A stretch of DNA of 63,332 nt, counting the filler, from Sphacelaria rigidula (lineage: Eukaryota): the NCBI GenBank assembly GCA_964200075.2. It is 7 parts of 7 records of this genome, joined end to end, with 100 filler letters (N's around TTAATTAATTAA, not from the genome) between each part and the next. Parts side by side here need not be neighbours in the genome. Positions count along the whole stretch, not along the records: positions 54,372 to 63,332 come from CAXNAA020009642.1; 6 more parts are not named here. One strand, given 5' to 3'. The translations under genes were made by a program, and so were the position numbers. Under the pieces are notes generated by a model, which ran no database searches, was not told the origin of the DNA, and worked only from the letters and a program-made list of their open reading frames with translations. This document shows positions 61,427 through 63,332 of the stretch, one piece after another. Numbering within the stretch: the stretch's first letter is position 1; the number at the start of each line of letters is the position of its first letter.

Positions 61427-62544
61427 GTATGCTGCCGCTTCGCGTGTCGAGTATATCGAATCGTCGACTCATTTTGACCTCGTATGGCAGCCAATAGACT
61501 ACTCGACAAATATAGCTCTATATTGACGCCTTGCCGCACCACCAGGTTACTCGGCCAATAACTATTGGGGTGGCGCGTGTCGTGATATGTTCTTCGGTCG
61601 ATAAATATTGCATGTCGCGAGCCTTGACGTATTGGTGACGCAATATATTTCGACCTGTCTCCCATGCCATCATGGTGCTCGGGGGACAGGTCAATACATT
61701 CCGCGTCGAAATATTGGGCGGGCTATATACATTACACATTGCGTTGTCCAGGGTGTGAAAACATGCAAACGCACTCTCCGGCCGTGATGTGCGACCTCGC
61801 CGATCCTCAAAAACATATTATCCGCAGTTAACTTTCAACATCCCGTGCTCACAGGGGGTCGTCAAGAGTGGGAGCGACTTTTTTGTACAGGATTGAACGG
61901 TGGTGGGGATTGTTTGGAGCAATCAAGTGAGCGAGGCCGTACATCACGGCCGAAGAATATACTTGCATCCCTCCCCAAACGTATTCCAATGCTCGCTTGT
62001 GAACATTCCTAAGGCTCATTTTAAATAACTCCACCTACCTGTGTTAAAACAGGGATAAACGAGCACATGTCACCACATTCACCATTTTGAGCAGGAAGTA
62101 CGCAACAGCTCAACAGAGAACATAAAGGCACCCCGGGCACCTCCCTATCGAATTAAGTATGCGATTATTGTGCCCACAATAATGAACGGCGTTTACCTTG
62201 AACTACGCACTTTTGAAACATACAATACGCAAACCTGGAGACGTCGGGAAAAGTGGGTATGCCAAAAGAGAACATAAATCAAAACGAAAAGTCGACGGAG
62301 AAAAGAATAGAAGCAAATTTGGCACAGGTATCCACGAGCAGAGGTGTAAGAATTATATTACCCCAAAGTAGCATGGCTAACCAAAATAAATTCCTCCATG
62401 AAGCATATTCTTGCCGAAAGTCGAGAGCAGAAAACGGCAAAACGAAGAGTGCTATGGGTAAGAGCCTAACGATCACACCCCGCCAGGTATGCGTTAAAAT
62501 ATTCCTCACTGTTCTGCTAAAAAGACAGACTTTCTCGTATAGTA

Positions 62545-62690
62545 CGGTACCGTATCGAACTTATCGTCATAATTGTCGTCATCGTTATCATGAGCGTTTT
62601 ATCGAATCCTTGTTTTCGATACGATAACGATAGCGATAACAATATTTCGATACGATATATATCGTAACTTTCGATACGAAATCTAACACT
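62545..62690. repeat. CGATA/TATCG-rich MITE end (hAT-like TAGTGTT terminus on minus strand)
   Basis: Dense TATCG/CGATA motifs ending in AACACTA. Confidence 0.45.
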
Positions 62691-63262
62691 ACCACTCATA
62701 GCTATGGGACCGGACGAGGAACACCTTAGAGTCATCCTACGATAGGGGGTGAGGGGTGTGTTTCATGATCTCACATGTCGTAGTAACATGACATTACCTC
62801 GCAAAAAAGCAGCGGAGCACATCCGGTTTTCACCGGACCAAGCTCGCAATCAGTCATCAAGCTCGAAGTGCCGTGATGTATTCGGCGAGTCGGTGAAGGG
62901 TGAGCTGTATCCTGCTCAGAGTATTCGGCCCGAAGCGTACTGAATATTTTGCATATGGATGGCAGTCTCGATTGATGTGCTTCATTGTCTGGTATCGCCA
63001 CCTTCAAAGGCCGCCACGGGTTGAACACTGCCTCATCGGTGTTTCACCATTTTTTTACGCTAGGTAGTACGATCATCCGCTTTGCACGGAGTTCAGGTTA
63101 TCCACCCCACCCAGTACGATCTAGCTCAACGACCATCAAAGTTACCACGACAAAACGTAAGCGTAAAAAGAGACGGTGATCTGGTTTCCTGGCTGAGGTA
63201 GTGAATTGTATGTTTACAACACCATTGCCAACCGACGCCAACCCTCAAGAGCAGGGGCGATA

Positions 63263-63332
63263 GGGGGGGGGGGGCGTACTCATTTGATGCTTGCCTTAGT
63301 CATTTGACCATTGACCACGCATCCCTTTCGAG
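63263..63332 (-). mobile_element. Poly(C)-tailed retroposon 3' end (runs off window)
   Basis: Minus strand CTCGAAAGGGATGCGTGGTCAATGGTCAAATGACTAAGGCAAGCATCAAATGAGTACG+C12. Confidence 0.8.

Noticed and set aside
61800-63030. Possible minus-strand exons (ORFs 61849-62034, 62279-62509, 62771-63028)
   Set aside because: Some splice-like signals but no consistent frame or recognisable domain; cannot be supported.

Overview
Eukaryotic, repeat-rich nuclear DNA, most likely a brown alga (Phaeophyceae; inferred from ~50% GC, kb-scale GT-AG introns, TTAGGG-type repeats, a Zn2Cys6 factor and the TE families). The window is not one locus. It is seven contigs of 8962/8961 bp joined by 100-bp N spacers carrying TTAATTAATTAA, i.e. 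a length-sorted 'unplaced contig' pseudo-scaffold. Host genes: the last three exons of a TELO2/TEL2 homolog (13599-16448, +) and the first two exons of a Zn(II)2Cys6 transcription factor (31268-34326, +). The rest is mostly mobile DNA: three decayed chromodomain-bearing Ty3/Gypsy elements, an RTE-type LINE remnant, tRNA-derived SINEs, a hAT-like deletion derivative, several MITE/foldback families and a Helitron-like element. The most interesting signals are: (1) a non-LTR retroposon family ending in poly(C) instead of poly(A), one copy with a CCC-initiated target-site duplication whose removal restores a Gypsy pol frame; (2) a pseudogenised SF1 helicase + HNH-like nuclease fragment of viral (Polinton-like virus/NCLDV) type; (3) Ginger-like MITEs carrying telomeric repeats; (4) a Gypsy integrase ending in a chromodomain plus a Tudor-like domain. 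All family assignments come from motif recognition by eye; no database search was run.
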